A stretch of 64,000 nucleotides of DNA from an uncultured Bacillales bacterium (lineage in GTDB: Bacteria; Bacillota_I; Bacilli_A; RFN20; CAG-826): assembly GCA_946612115.1 (NCBI GenBank), contig CAMOEI010000001.1, forward strand, positions 130,936 to 194,935, in the 5' to 3' direction. The translations under genes and the position numbers were made by a program. How positions within the stretch are numbered: the stretch's first letter is position 1; every line of letters begins with the position of its first letter. This document shows positions 28,145 through 38,653 of this stretch, in pieces. The notes beneath the pieces were generated by a model, which ran no database searches, was not told where the DNA came from, and worked only from the letters and a program-made list of their open reading frames with translations.

Positions 28145-28167
28145 TATAGCGAAACAAAATGATAACT

Positions 28168-28195
28168 AGACCACATTAATTTGTGGTCTTTTATT
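28168..28195 (+). terminator. rho-independent terminator
   Basis: agaccaca-ttaatt-tgtggtct followed by a T-run. Confidence 0.65.
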
Positions 28196-28219
28196 ATATT
28201 TTGTATATAATATAAGTGT

Positions 28220-29497
28220 ATGTTTATCGATCGTGCAATTATTGAAGTTAGAAGTGGAAAAGGTGGAGATGGCGCCATCGCTTTTAGAAGAGAGAAGTAC
28301 GTTCCTAAAGGTGGCCCTGCTGGGGGTAACGGAGGAAGAGGTGCTTCAGTTATTTTAAAAGCTAATAGTCACATCAACACTTTATTTAACTTTAGACATT
28401 CCAAATGCTTCATCGGACCAGATGGAGAAAAAGGTGGAATTAAAAATCAATATGGACATCATAGCGATGACATTTATGTAGAGGTTCCAGTGGGCACAGT
28501 GGTCTATGAGGAAAAAGGACATAAGTTCTTAGGTGATTTATCTAAAGATGGATTAGAACTTAAAGTCGCTAAAGGTGGAAGAGGTGGAAGAGGAAACACT
28601 TGTTTTAAAAGTTCCACCAATCGAGTTCCAAAGATTGCAGAAAATGGCGAACCAGGAGAATCAAAAAGATTAATTTTAGAATTAAAATTACTCGCTGATG
28701 TTGGACTCGTTGGTTTTCCTAGTGTTGGTAAATCTACTTTATTATCAGTCGTAAGCAGTGCTCGACCAGAAATTGCAGATTATCCATTTACCACAATCGT
28801 TCCTAATTTAGGGGTTGTTAATGTTAAAGGTGAATCAAGCTTTGTGATGGCGGATCTTCCAGGAATTATTGAAGGCGCCCATCAAGGTAAAGGTTTAGGT
28901 TTACAGTTTTTAAGGCATATCGAAAGATGTCGAATCATTGTCCATGTTGTAGACATGGGTGAAAGTGGTAGAGACCCTTACGAAGATTATCAAATTATTA
29001 ACAAAGAGCTAAAAGAATATGGCTTTGGATTAGATAAACGTCCAGTTATTGTCGTTGCTAGCAAGATGGATGAAGAAGGCGCTAAAGAAAGATTAAAAGC
29101 ATTTGAAAAGAAAGCGAAAGTGAAGTGTATTCCAATCTCTTCTTTATTAGAGGAAGGAATTGATGAACTTATTTATAAATGCGCTGACTTATTAAAAGTC
29201 ACTCCTTTATTCCCACTTTACGATGAGGAACAACTTGAAGCGACAAACAAAGTTTATTCCTTGCCAGACGAAGAAAAAGCTTTTGAAATCAAACATCCTA
29301 ACGATTACACCTGGGTCATCACCGGAGATAAAATTGTTAAGTTTTATAAGATGACAAATATTTCTACTGACGAAGGTATGATGAGACTTTTAACAAAGTT
29401 AAGAGAATTAAAAGTTGATGATAAATTAGAGCAAATGGGCGCTAAAGATGGCGATCAAGTCATCTTAGATGATTTCACATTTGAATATTACAGGTAA
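28220..29497 (+). CDS. obg: GTPase Obg
   Basis: Glycine-rich Obg fold (GGDGAIAFRREKYVPKGGPAGGNGGRG), G domain GFPSVGKST, and C-terminal OCT/TGS domain. Confidence 0.9.
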   Translation: MFIDRAIIEVRSGKGGDGAIAFRREKYVPKGGPAGGNGGRGASVILKANSHINTLFNFRHSKCFIGPDGEKGGIKNQYGHHSDDIYVEVPVGTVVYEEKGHKFLGDLSKDGLELKVAKGGRGGRGNTCFKSSTNRVPKIAENGEPGESKRLILELKLLADVGLVGFPSVGKSTLLSVVSSARPEIADYPFTTIVPNLGVVNVKGESSFVMADLPGIIEGAHQGKGLGLQFLRHIERCRIIVHVVDMGESGRDPYEDYQIINKELKEYGFGLDKRPVIVVASKMDEEGAKERLKAFEKKAKVKCIPISSLLEEGIDELIYKCADLLKVTPLFPLYDEEQLEATNKVYSLPDEEKAFEIKHPNDYTWVITGDKIVKFYKMTNISTDEGMMRLLTKLRELKVDDKLEQMGAKDGDQVILDDFTFEYYR

Positions 29498-29499
29498 TT

Positions 29500-30240
29500 A
29501 TGAAACTAAAAGAGTATTTAAAAGTCATTGAAGAATTTATTGCCGACTACCTAGAGAAAAGTCACCAAAAGCAATATGTTTTAGGTCTTTCTGGTGGAGT
29601 TGATTCATCTTTAGTGGCTGCTTTGACTAAAGAAGCGGTTGGAAAAGATAAATTAACTTGTATCATGATTCCAATCAATTCACATCCAAGTGATCTAATT
29701 GACGCTAAAGAACTTGCAGAAGATTTTGATTTAAATTATGAAGTTATCGATTTAAGCAAAGCTTATCACGAAGTTGTTGAAGCTTTTGAATCTCAAGGCA
29801 TTGAATTAGATCGAAGCACAAAAGCAAATATCAAAGTTAGATTAAGAATGACCACTTTATATGGCTACGCACAAAAAGTTGGTGGACTCGTCATCGGAAC
29901 AGATAACGCTGATGAAAAATATACTGGCTATTTCACTAAATACGGAGATGGTGGAGTTGATATTCAACCAATCACCCATCTATTAAAAAGCGAAGTTGTT
30001 GAAGCCAGTAAGATTATGGGAGTTAAAAAGCATCTTGCCGAAAGAGTTCCAACTGCAGGATTATTCGAAGGACAAACCGATGAAACAGAAATGCGTGTGA
30101 AATATGATGTTTTAGATGCATATTTATCAGGTAAAGAAATTGATGAAGCTAGCAAAGAAAGAATTGAATATCTTCACCGCATTAGCGAACATAAAAGAGT
30201 CCCAATTCCAGAATGTGAGGAATTTAATAGAGATGAGTAA
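29500..30240 (+). CDS. nadE: NH3-dependent NAD+ synthetase
   Basis: PP-loop SGGVDSS, 246 aa. Confidence 0.85.
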   Translation: MKLKEYLKVIEEFIADYLEKSHQKQYVLGLSGGVDSSLVAALTKEAVGKDKLTCIMIPINSHPSDLIDAKELAEDFDLNYEVIDLSKAYHEVVEAFESQGIELDRSTKANIKVRLRMTTLYGYAQKVGGLVIGTDNADEKYTGYFTKYGDGGVDIQPITHLLKSEVVEASKIMGVKKHLAERVPTAGLFEGQTDETEMRVKYDVLDAYLSGKEIDEASKERIEYLHRISEHKRVPIPECEEFNRDE

Positions 30241-30325
30241 CAAAAATAATATAATTATTTTCTCTTGTCTATTAAGCGCATTTATTGGTGTGGTATTTTT
30301 ATTATTATTTCTTCTCACAAATTAG
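30233..30325 (+). CDS. candidate 30-aa hydrophobic micropeptide between nadE and ruvA
   Basis: MSNKNNIIIFSCLLSAFIGVVFLLLFLLTN. The ATG is embedded in the nadE stop region. Ends 12 nt before ruvA. Could be a chance ORF in AT-rich DNA. Confidence 0.2.
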   Translation: MSNKNNIIIFSCLLSAFIGVVFLLLFLLTN

Positions 30326-30337
30326 GAGGAAACAAAG

Positions 30338-30889
30338 ATGATTTATTTTTTAAGAGGCAAAGTAAGTGAAATCACTAACGATTCAGTCGTTTTAGATGTT
30401 AGAGATGTCGGCTATCAATTCTTAGTTAGTCACATTGATGAATATCATCTAGGCGAAGATGTTTTAGTGTATACATATAATGTAGTTAGAGAAGATGAAA
30501 ACTATCTAGTCGGTTTTAAATCAACCGAAGAAAGAGATGTTTTCATGTCTTTGATCAAAGTTAAAGGATTAGGACCTAAAACTGTTATTAACGCTTTAAG
30601 CGCGACTACCCCTCAAGATGTTATTAATGCAATTAGCTCAAATAATGTCGCATTCTTAAAGAAACTTCCAGGATTAGGCGCTAAGGCAGCTGGACAGATT
30701 ATTCTCGACTTAAAAGGAGAATTAACCGGCAGCAAAGGTAATCCAAAGCAATATGAAGAAGTCTACGACGCTTTAAAATCCTTGGGATTTAAAGGTGCTG
30801 CCATTGACCGCGTTTTAGCAACTATTAACGAACCAAATGCTTCTACTGAAGATATCTTAAGAATCGCACTTAGCAAATTAAAGAAATAA
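30338..30889 (+). CDS. ruvA: Holliday junction DNA helicase RuvA
   Basis: OB fold, HhH pair ([33 protein letters not shown]). RBS AGGAGG. Confidence 0.85.
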   Translation: MIYFLRGKVSEITNDSVVLDVRDVGYQFLVSHIDEYHLGEDVLVYTYNVVREDENYLVGFKSTEERDVFMSLIKVKGLGPKTVINALSATTPQDVINAISSNNVAFLKKLPGLGAKAAGQIILDLKGELTGSKGNPKQYEEVYDALKSLGFKGAAIDRVLATINEPNASTEDILRIALSKLKK

Positions 30890-30891
30890 TT

Positions 30892-31896
30892 ATGAGTAGA
30901 CTACTAGACGCCAAACCAAATATTAACGATGAATCTTTTGATTCTTCTTTAAGACCTCTTTCGTTAAGCGAATATGTCGGTCAAAAAGACCTTAAAGAAA
31001 ACCTTAAGGTTTTTATTGGTGCGGCTTTACACCGTCAAGAACCTCTTGATCACGTCTTATTATATGGCCCTCCAGGACTAGGAAAAACAACCTTGGCTCA
31101 TGTCATCGCTCATGAAATGGGAACCAATATCCGCGTTGTTACTGGAACCACAATTGAAAAAACTGGAGATCTAGCAGCAATATTAAGCGAACTAGAACCT
31201 GGCGATATTTTATTTATTGATGAAATACATAGACTCCCTCGAGTAGTGGAAGAATCTTTATATTCAGCGATGGAAGATTTCCGATTCGATATTATTATCA
31301 ATCGCGAATCGACAAGTAAGTCATTAAGTATAAATCTCCCTCCATTTACTTTAATTGGAGCGACCACTAGAGCAGGAGATTTATCTAGCCCTTTAAGAGC
31401 GAGATTTGGAATTGTTGAGAAGATCAACTTTTATACAGAAGACGAAATTAAAAGTATCGTTAAAAGAACTTCAAGAGTTCTCAAAACTGAAATCGATGAA
31501 AACGCGGCGAGTGAAATCGCGAAAAGAAGTCGTGGAACTCCAAGAATCGCAAATAGGTTATTTAGAAGAGTTAGAGACTTCGCTAATTATGTTCATAAAG
31601 ATACAATCAGCTATGCTGATGCAAAGCAGGCTTTGGAGCAATTAAAAGTGGATTCTATCGGACTAGACGATGTCGATATCCGTTATTTAAGAACGTTAAT
31701 TGAAAGGTTTAAGGGTGGTCCAGTAGGTCTAGATACACTCGCTAACGCCATCGGAGAGGAAATTATGAACCTCGAAGATGTTTACGAGCCTTACTTATTA
31801 CAAATTGGTTTTATCGATCGAACCCCTCGAGGTAGAGTGGCTCGTGAGAAAGCATATAAACACTTAAAGATTTGTTATCAACAAACTTTATTGTAG
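30892..31896 (+). CDS. ruvB: Holliday junction DNA helicase RuvB
   Basis: Walker [10 protein letters not shown], sensor motifs, and C-terminal winged helix. Confidence 0.9.
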   Translation: MSRLLDAKPNINDESFDSSLRPLSLSEYVGQKDLKENLKVFIGAALHRQEPLDHVLLYGPPGLGKTTLAHVIAHEMGTNIRVVTGTTIEKTGDLAAILSELEPGDILFIDEIHRLPRVVEESLYSAMEDFRFDIIINRESTSKSLSINLPPFTLIGATTRAGDLSSPLRARFGIVEKINFYTEDEIKSIVKRTSRVLKTEIDENAASEIAKRSRGTPRIANRLFRRVRDFANYVHKDTISYADAKQALEQLKVDSIGLDDVDIRYLRTLIERFKGGPVGLDTLANAIGEEIMNLEDVYEPYLLQIGFIDRTPRGRVAREKAYKHLKICYQQTLL

Positions 31897-32020
31897 TGTA
31901 ATTTTTCAATTCTCTTTAATATACGCGCACACACATTTATGTTGAAATGAAATCAGCATTAATGTATTTTATTTAATAGCGTTTACGCGCTTAGGTTTAT
32001 TAAACCTCGGAGGTAACAAG

Positions 32021-34720
32021 ATGAGAAGACTTTGGGCACATATCATCATCATATTTACAGCTTTAGTCGCTGTGTTTGCTTTTACTCCAAATTTAATCAA
32101 GCAAATCAGCACTAATGGAAATTACGAACAACGTCGTCGTTTCACTTATCAATTAACTCAAAGAGAGGAAATCGATGAGGACGACAAACCAAAAGAAATC
32201 ACAGAGAATTCCGCTAAAGAAATGGCGAAGACTATGGAATCACGCTTAATCAAATACGGCGTCACTTCATATGAAATCACCACCAGTGGAAGCGATATTG
32301 TCGATATCACCTATAAGGCTGATGCAGATCAATACACTCAAATCTCCAATGTTTTGACATCCTCTGGATCTTTTGCCCTTGTTAACTCAAATAATGATTT
32401 AGTCGAAGGATCAACCTTCTTAAGAGGAAGTGCCTACCTCAAAAATGTCCAAGTCAACGAATACCCAACTGTTATCATCCCAATCAAAACCGACTCCACC
32501 GAGTGGGAAGCTCTTATTACAGGTGCTAAAGAACATCCTGAAAGTGAAACCACTGGAGAAGGAGAAGAGGCTGAAACCACCGAAAACGCAGTTTTATATT
32601 TATTAAGAAACTATCAAAAAGGTGATACCTATCAAACTCTCACCGAAACAAATAAACTGGCCGAAAAAACTTTATTAAAGTTTACCTTCGCTCCAGATAA
32701 TGAAGATGAACTTTATTACGATAGCAATAAGAATTCTTTATCCCAAGTTTGTGGATTTAGTGATTCTAACGGAAACGGCTATGCCGATCCTAGCGAAGTG
32801 AGCGCTGCTTTTAACCAAGCTGACTACTTATTAAATTTATTACACACCTCAGCCTTAGATTATGATGTCAAATGTATTAGAGGCTTAGAAAGTGGAACAG
32901 AGATGTATGTCGACGCTAAAGTTGAAGAAGTTATTTCTTATTCTAAGATTAACTGGAATCACACTTTAACTGCTGTCTTAGCCGGTATTGTTATTACTGC
33001 TTTACTTTTAGTAGTTTTCTATCGCTTAGGAGCGTTAAATGCTTTAGGAACAACATTATTATCAGTCTTCCTCGCTTTCTTATTTATGGTGAAAGCCGGA
33101 CTAGAATATAACACCTTAGCGGTTGTTGGATTAATTCTCGTCGCTATTGTTAGCTTAATCAGCAATATTATTTATCTAAATAAACTCAAAGATGAATCCT
33201 ATAAAGGACGTCTACTTAAAAAGGCTAATGCTGAAGCCAGCAAGAAGAGTTTACTCCCAATTATCGATATTCATATCGTTAGCATTGCCGTTAGCTTAAT
33301 GTGCTACTTATTAGGAGGAGCATCTTTACACTCATTTGCTTCTGTCTTCCTTCTAGGAAGCTTAGCTTCTTTAATCATTAACACATTAGGAACCAAAGGT
33401 TCAATGTGGCTAGCCACTAACGCGACAGGATTAACCGGAAAATATGAATGTTTCGGAATCGATAGCGCTCACGTTCCAAATCACATGGCAGAAGAAAAAC
33501 AAACCTATTTTGGCAATTACGCTGATAAAAACTTTGAAAAGAGTAAGAAGCCTGTTGCTTTAGTAGCCTCTATCTTATTTGTTGCTTCTGTTGTTGGAAT
33601 GATCGTCAGCGGAGTCTTAACTGGTGGAAATATGCTCAAACCAGTTTCTAGTAAAGTAGTGGGCAATGAAATTTATTTCACTAACACCATCCAACTCATC
33701 GACGAAGATAGCAAATCAAAACTCGACGATGAATCATTCAAACGTATTTTAAGCTATGTCTATATCCAAAAAGACGCTAATACGCCAATTGATCAAGCTA
33801 ATCCAGATACATATGTCACTTTAGATACCTATGTCTCTAGCTTTAAATCATTTACAACAAGCGAAAGCAAAACTGTTGATTCTTTAACAAAGAATTATCA
33901 AACAACATATTATGTTATTTCACTAAAATCAGTTTTAAATCAAAATGTTACTACTCAAGTTAAAGATGACACAACTACTGAAGCGATGAGTCTTGAAACT
34001 GTTTTAAATAACTTATTTGAACTTGAACCAGATCACTTATTCAATAAAGATGACACCAAGATTGAATTAAAGAAAATTACCACTCATGTTAATAAGAGTG
34101 AAACCGATTGGTCAAAGGTCTTACTTGCAACAAGTATTGCTATTGCAATATCTACAGTCTATTTATTACTCAGATATCGCTTATCTCGCGGTTTAGCAAG
34201 TCTTGTTTTCCCTGTTATTACAAGTGTGACAGTTGCTGGTTTACTAGTTTTATTAAGCCTACCAGGACTCGCTATTCCAAGCGGAGCGTTTGTCGCTTTA
34301 CCAATTACAACCTTAATTACTTACTTCTTCGTTATCATCTTCGCCAATAAAGAGCGAGAAATGATTCTCGAAGAGAGAAATAGAGATAACACAGTGGAAT
34401 ACCGTTTAGACGTTTCTAAACGCGCTTTAGGTATCAGCTATACCCCAATTATTATTTCCGCAGTTATCGCTTGCTATTTATTCATCAATTTCTTCGGATT
34501 TGGTCCAGCAAGCGCCAGCTACATCTATTTAGTTGGTTTACTCGGAATGATTATTGCTCTTGTTTATTTCTCAATCCTTTACGTTCCAGTAAGTAACTTC
34601 TTCTTCAAATTATTTAAGGGTGTTCAATTCCCTAAACTTCAAAGAAAAGCAAAGAAAGAGAAAGTTAAACAAAAATCCGCTGAGCCTGAAGAAGCAATCT
34701 TCATCGGAATCAACGACTAA
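32021..34720 (+). CDS. secDF: fused protein-export membrane protein SecDF
   Basis: 899 aa. Two RND-like 6-TM bundles (..GALNALGTTLLSVFLAFLFMV.. and ..YRLSRGLASLVFPVITSVTVAGLL..) separated by periplasmic domains. Single fused polypeptide, as in Mollicutes and many Bacillota. RBS GGAGG. Confidence 0.75.
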   Translation: MRRLWAHIIIIFTALVAVFAFTPNLIKQISTNGNYEQRRRFTYQLTQREEIDEDDKPKEITENSAKEMAKTMESRLIKYGVTSYEITTSGSDIVDITYKADADQYTQISNVLTSSGSFALVNSNNDLVEGSTFLRGSAYLKNVQVNEYPTVIIPIKTDSTEWEALITGAKEHPESETTGEGEEAETTENAVLYLLRNYQKGDTYQTLTETNKLAEKTLLKFTFAPDNEDELYYDSNKNSLSQVCGFSDSNGNGYADPSEVSAAFNQADYLLNLLHTSALDYDVKCIRGLESGTEMYVDAKVEEVISYSKINWNHTLTAVLAGIVITALLLVVFYRLGALNALGTTLLSVFLAFLFMVKAGLEYNTLAVVGLILVAIVSLISNIIYLNKLKDESYKGRLLKKANAEASKKSLLPIIDIHIVSIAVSLMCYLLGGASLHSFASVFLLGSLASLIINTLGTKGSMWLATNATGLTGKYECFGIDSAHVPNHMAEEKQTYFGNYADKNFEKSKKPVALVASILFVASVVGMIVSGVLTGGNMLKPVSSKVVGNEIYFTNTIQLIDEDSKSKLDDESFKRILSYVYIQKDANTPIDQANPDTYVTLDTYVSSFKSFTTSESKTVDSLTKNYQTTYYVISLKSVLNQNVTTQVKDDTTTEAMSLETVLNNLFELEPDHLFNKDDTKIELKKITTHVNKSETDWSKVLLATSIAIAISTVYLLLRYRLSRGLASLVFPVITSVTVAGLLVLLSLPGLAIPSGAFVALPITTLITYFFVIIFANKEREMILEERNRDNTVEYRLDVSKRALGISYTPIIISAVIACYLFINFFGFGPASASYIYLVGLLGMIIALVYFSILYVPVSNFFFKLFKGVQFPKLQRKAKKEKVKQKSAEPEEAIFIGIND

Positions 34721-34727
34721 CAAAAAT

Positions 34728-34753
34728 AGCTACACATTTTGTGTAGCTTTTTA
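34728..34753 (+). terminator. rho-independent terminator/attenuator 6 nt upstream of recJ
   Basis: agctacaca-ttt-tgtgtagct followed by ttttaaaatt. Confidence 0.55.
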
Positions 34754-34758
34754 AAATT

Positions 34759-36312
34759 ATGAATAAATCACTTTTAGAACGATTATTAGAATATTACGAT
34801 ATCGACTACTCCAAATATCTAGAATTAACTAGTCCAAAGTCCTTATCTAATTTTGCTAGTGGACATAAATTTGATGATATTGATAAGGCCGTTAAATTAG
34901 TTAAAGATGTCGTTAAAAATAACGGCAAGATTATTATTTATGGCGATTATGACTGCGATGGAGTGATGGGGGCAAGCATCTTAAAAAAGATGTTCCAACT
35001 TGATAACTATGTCGTCGATCATTATTTACCTAACCGCTATTTAGATGGCTATGGGCTAAATATGGCTCATGCAAAAGAATATGTTGGTAAATATGACTTA
35101 GTAATCACTGTCGATAACGGAATAAGCGCTTTTGAGCCAATTGAATATTTGCACAATAACGGCGTCAAGGTTTTAGTTCTTGATCACCATCAAGCGCAAG
35201 ATACTTTACCGTTAGCGGATGCGATTTGTCACCCAACAGTCACTCATTTTGGAGAAACCGCCAGTAGTGGGGCATTTACCGCATTTATCTACTCAATATC
35301 CTATTTAGGATATATCGATAAATATTTAGCTACTCTAGCGGGTATTTCTTTAATCAGTGACATGATGCCTTTACTCGATTATAACCGTAACTTATTAAGG
35401 GCTATTTTTATAGATTATAAAGTCGATGAATTTTTACCAATTAGCCTATTAGCAGATCACGAAGCTCTTGATGAAAATGTCATTGGAATGAAAATCGCCC
35501 CTCGAGTTAATTCAATCGGTAGATTAACTAGCGATACATCAATCAATAAAATTGTTGATTTCTTTACGAGCGATGATGAGAGCTTCATATTATCCTACTA
35601 TTCATATATTTTAGAAATGAACGAATCTCGAAAAGAACTCTCAAAGCCTGAGCAATATGATCTTTCATATAATAAGAATGATGAAGCGATTGTCATCTCT
35701 GGAGATTTTAAAGAAGGAATCATTGGCTTGCTCGCTAATAGCTTAATGAATAAGTATCATAAGCCGACAATTGTTTTTACCAAAGCGGAAGACGGTTCTT
35801 TAAAAGGAAGCGCTAGAGCTCCTGAAGGATTTAATGTTGTCGAAGCCTTTACTAATTCAAGTGATTTATTATTAGCGTTTGGCGGTCACGCTGGAGCGGG
35901 TGGTTGCTCAATTAGTAAAGATAACTTTGAAGAATTTAAAGCTAGATTCATTAATGAAGCAAAGCTTCACCCAATTGTTAAAGTCGAGCATCCTTATATC
36001 GATATTGGAATGAATGAACTTTCTTTTGAGAATTATTATTTAATTCAATCTTTTTCTCCATTTGGAGAATCTTGGCCAAGTCCAATATTGCGTCTTAGAC
36101 ATATCAAGGTCTCTAATCTATTGTATTCTAGAGATGGAAAACATATTATTACTTCTTTGGGGCAATCTTTGAAGATAGTTTATTTCTCTTATCCACCAGA
36201 ATTAAAGAATTCTAGCTATGTCAATTTATATGGTTCATTAAACTTAAAATCATATAACGGAAAGAGCTATGTTGAGTTCAGTTGTAAAGATTTTGACTCA
36301 GCTTTAGATTAA
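34759..36312 (+). CDS. recJ: single-stranded-DNA-specific exonuclease RecJ (short DHH/DHHA1 form)
   Basis: DHH motifs IIIYGDYDCDGVMG, VLVLDHHQ and the DHHA1 region GGHAGAGG. Conserved secDF-recJ-relA synteny. Confidence 0.75.
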   Translation: MNKSLLERLLEYYDIDYSKYLELTSPKSLSNFASGHKFDDIDKAVKLVKDVVKNNGKIIIYGDYDCDGVMGASILKKMFQLDNYVVDHYLPNRYLDGYGLNMAHAKEYVGKYDLVITVDNGISAFEPIEYLHNNGVKVLVLDHHQAQDTLPLADAICHPTVTHFGETASSGAFTAFIYSISYLGYIDKYLATLAGISLISDMMPLLDYNRNLLRAIFIDYKVDEFLPISLLADHEALDENVIGMKIAPRVNSIGRLTSDTSINKIVDFFTSDDESFILSYYSYILEMNESRKELSKPEQYDLSYNKNDEAIVISGDFKEGIIGLLANSLMNKYHKPTIVFTKAEDGSLKGSARAPEGFNVVEAFTNSSDLLLAFGGHAGAGGCSISKDNFEEFKARFINEAKLHPIVKVEHPYIDIGMNELSFENYYLIQSFSPFGESWPSPILRLRHIKVSNLLYSRDGKHIITSLGQSLKIVYFSYPPELKNSSYVNLYGSLNLKSYNGKSYVEFSCKDFDSALD

Positions 36313-36425
36313 ACTACAAATTCTATTTATAAAGGTCGAAGAAATCTCAATGATTAATCGGCTTTTTTATTTTGTGTTTTTTTATTCCTTTATAAAAGAA
36401 ATAAATAAGACTAAAATATTGAAGT

Positions 36426-38642
36426 ATGGAAGCTAATGAAAAACTTTTAGTCAATGGTGGTTATCCTTTACACACCTTTGAACAACTCGAAGAGCTCTAT
36501 AAAGAATATATCAGCAATGAAGATGATCTTAAGGCGATTAAAAGCGCCTATGATTTTATCATTGAGAAACACAAAGGCCAATTTAGAAAAAGCGGTGAAC
36601 CTTATTACCATCACTTAATCGAAGTTGCCTATATTTTAGCCGGCTTACACGTTGGACCTAGCACGATTATCGCTGGTTTGCTTCACGATGTCGTTGAAGA
36701 CACTGATGTTCCTATCGAAGAAATTCAAAGACGATGGGGAGAAGAAGTTGCTAAGATTGTCGACGCTTTAACTAAGATTCAAAGATTAAAACTTTCAAAA
36801 ATTGAAAGCGAAGATTTCGAGGCTGAAGATCACCGTAAGATTTTCATCGGAATGGCTAAAGACATACGCGTCATCATCATTAAGCTCGCGGATCGTTTAC
36901 ACAACATGAGAACATTAGCCTCATTAAAGCCAGAAAGACAAATTGCTTTATCAAAAGAAACAAAAGAAGTCTTTGTTCCAATCGCTCATAGATTAGGTCT
37001 AGACAAGATTAAATGCGAACTCTTCGACTTATGCTTAAAGTATTTAGAGCCAAAAAGATATCAAGAAATCACTGAATTATTGGCCACTAAAGAAAAATAC
37101 TTATCTAAGTCACTTAGTGTCTTCCAAAAGAAGATCGCGGATATCATTTATTCACATGGTATCCCATTTGAAATCACCAGTAGAGTTAAATCTATATCTT
37201 CGATATATGAAAAGATGTATATCAAAGGTCATCAGTTTGATGAAATCTACGACATCCTTGCTTTACGTATCATTTGCGAAACAGAGATGCAGTGTTATGA
37301 AATCCTTGGATTAATTCACCAAACATACACCCCATTACCAGGTAGATTTAAAGACTATATCGCAATGCCTAAACCAAATATGTATCAATCTTTACATACC
37401 ACGGTTATTTCTGGAGACGGCAACTTCTATGAAGTTCAAATCAGAACCAAATTCATGGATCAAGTTGCTGAAGAAGGTGTTGCCGCTCACTGGGCATATA
37501 AAGAGAAGAGTAATTACAACCCAACTCAAGAGCAAAAAGAAATTGAAGATAAATTGCACTGGTTTAGAGACTTTGTCTCTTTCACCAATGATGATAGCGG
37601 TAGCGCAAGCGAATACATGGATACGCTCACCCATGATATTTTTGAAGCGAACGTCTACGTATTCACACCTAATGGAAAAGTCATCGAACTTCCTAATGGT
37701 TCAACCCCAATTGACTTTGCCTACCGTATTCACACCAAAGTTGGTGACAGTGCGGTTGGCAGTTTAGTTAATGGAGCAATGGTCCCACTTAACACAGTAT
37801 TGAAAACTGGAGATATGGTGGAAATCAAAACAAGCAAGACATCTCCAGGTCCAAACGAAGGATGGCTTGAATTTGTTAAATCCAATTTAGCGAAATCTCA
37901 GATTAAGAAATTCTTAAATCAAAAGAACGCTGAATTATTAAAAGATGAAAAGATTGCCAAAGGCAAACAGTCCGCATTAGACGCTTTTAAAGACCGTGGG
38001 GTTGAAGAAGCGCAGATGATGGAGTATTTATCTAGCGAAAAGGTTTTGACCGAATTCGGGTTTGATAATGTTGACGATTTATTAATCGGCATTTCAAATA
38101 GAAAGCCAGTTCCTGGTGCCATCATTGAATTCTTAAAGCTTAAAAAACCAACTGTTTTAAAACAGTTAAAGAAAAAAGTAAACGTTGATAATGACTCAAT
38201 TCCAGTATATTGCCGTGGTGCAGATCGAATCGCCATTCAATTAGCGAGCTGCTGTACTCCAATTCCTGGAGATAACATCATCGGATATATCACTCGAGGA
38301 AAAGGTATAACCGTTCATCGATGTAATTGTCCGAATGTCGCTAATGAAAAGCAAAGATTAATCGATGTTTATTGGAAAGAAAATATTGCCTTATCGACTT
38401 ATCCAGTCGACTTGTCTATTGAAGCTAATGATCGACCTAACTTATTAATCGACATTATGAATACGATGAGTTTTAACAAGGTTAGCTTGTCTTCTATTCA
38501 CGCTCAAGTGGCGCATCATAACCGCACATTATGTTTGGTCACTATGACGATTTATGTCAGCGACGCTAAAAGATTAAATGATATTTTTAATATCATTCTT
38601 AACATCAAAGGCGTTTATAACGTTAAAAGAGTTATTCACTAA
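36426..38642 (+). CDS. relA: bifunctional (p)ppGpp synthetase/hydrolase Rel
   Basis: HD hydrolase domain (HHLIEVAYIL..HDVVEDT), synthetase domain, TGS and ACT domains. 738 aa. Confidence 0.9.
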   Translation: MEANEKLLVNGGYPLHTFEQLEELYKEYISNEDDLKAIKSAYDFIIEKHKGQFRKSGEPYYHHLIEVAYILAGLHVGPSTIIAGLLHDVVEDTDVPIEEIQRRWGEEVAKIVDALTKIQRLKLSKIESEDFEAEDHRKIFIGMAKDIRVIIIKLADRLHNMRTLASLKPERQIALSKETKEVFVPIAHRLGLDKIKCELFDLCLKYLEPKRYQEITELLATKEKYLSKSLSVFQKKIADIIYSHGIPFEITSRVKSISSIYEKMYIKGHQFDEIYDILALRIICETEMQCYEILGLIHQTYTPLPGRFKDYIAMPKPNMYQSLHTTVISGDGNFYEVQIRTKFMDQVAEEGVAAHWAYKEKSNYNPTQEQKEIEDKLHWFRDFVSFTNDDSGSASEYMDTLTHDIFEANVYVFTPNGKVIELPNGSTPIDFAYRIHTKVGDSAVGSLVNGAMVPLNTVLKTGDMVEIKTSKTSPGPNEGWLEFVKSNLAKSQIKKFLNQKNAELLKDEKIAKGKQSALDAFKDRGVEEAQMMEYLSSEKVLTEFGFDNVDDLLIGISNRKPVPGAIIEFLKLKKPTVLKQLKKKVNVDNDSIPVYCRGADRIAIQLASCCTPIPGDNIIGYITRGKGITVHRCNCPNVANEKQRLIDVYWKENIALSTYPVDLSIEANDRPNLLIDIMNTMSFNKVSLSSIHAQVAHHNRTLCLVTMTIYVSDAKRLNDIFNIILNIKGVYNVKRVIH

Positions 38643-38653
38643 GAGGTATAAAA

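Noticed and set aside
36313-36425. Possible terminator after recJ (gattaatc palindrome followed by a T-run).
   Set aside because: The stem is only 8 bp and consists entirely of A/T and one G-C pair, so it is energetically weak. Left unannotated.
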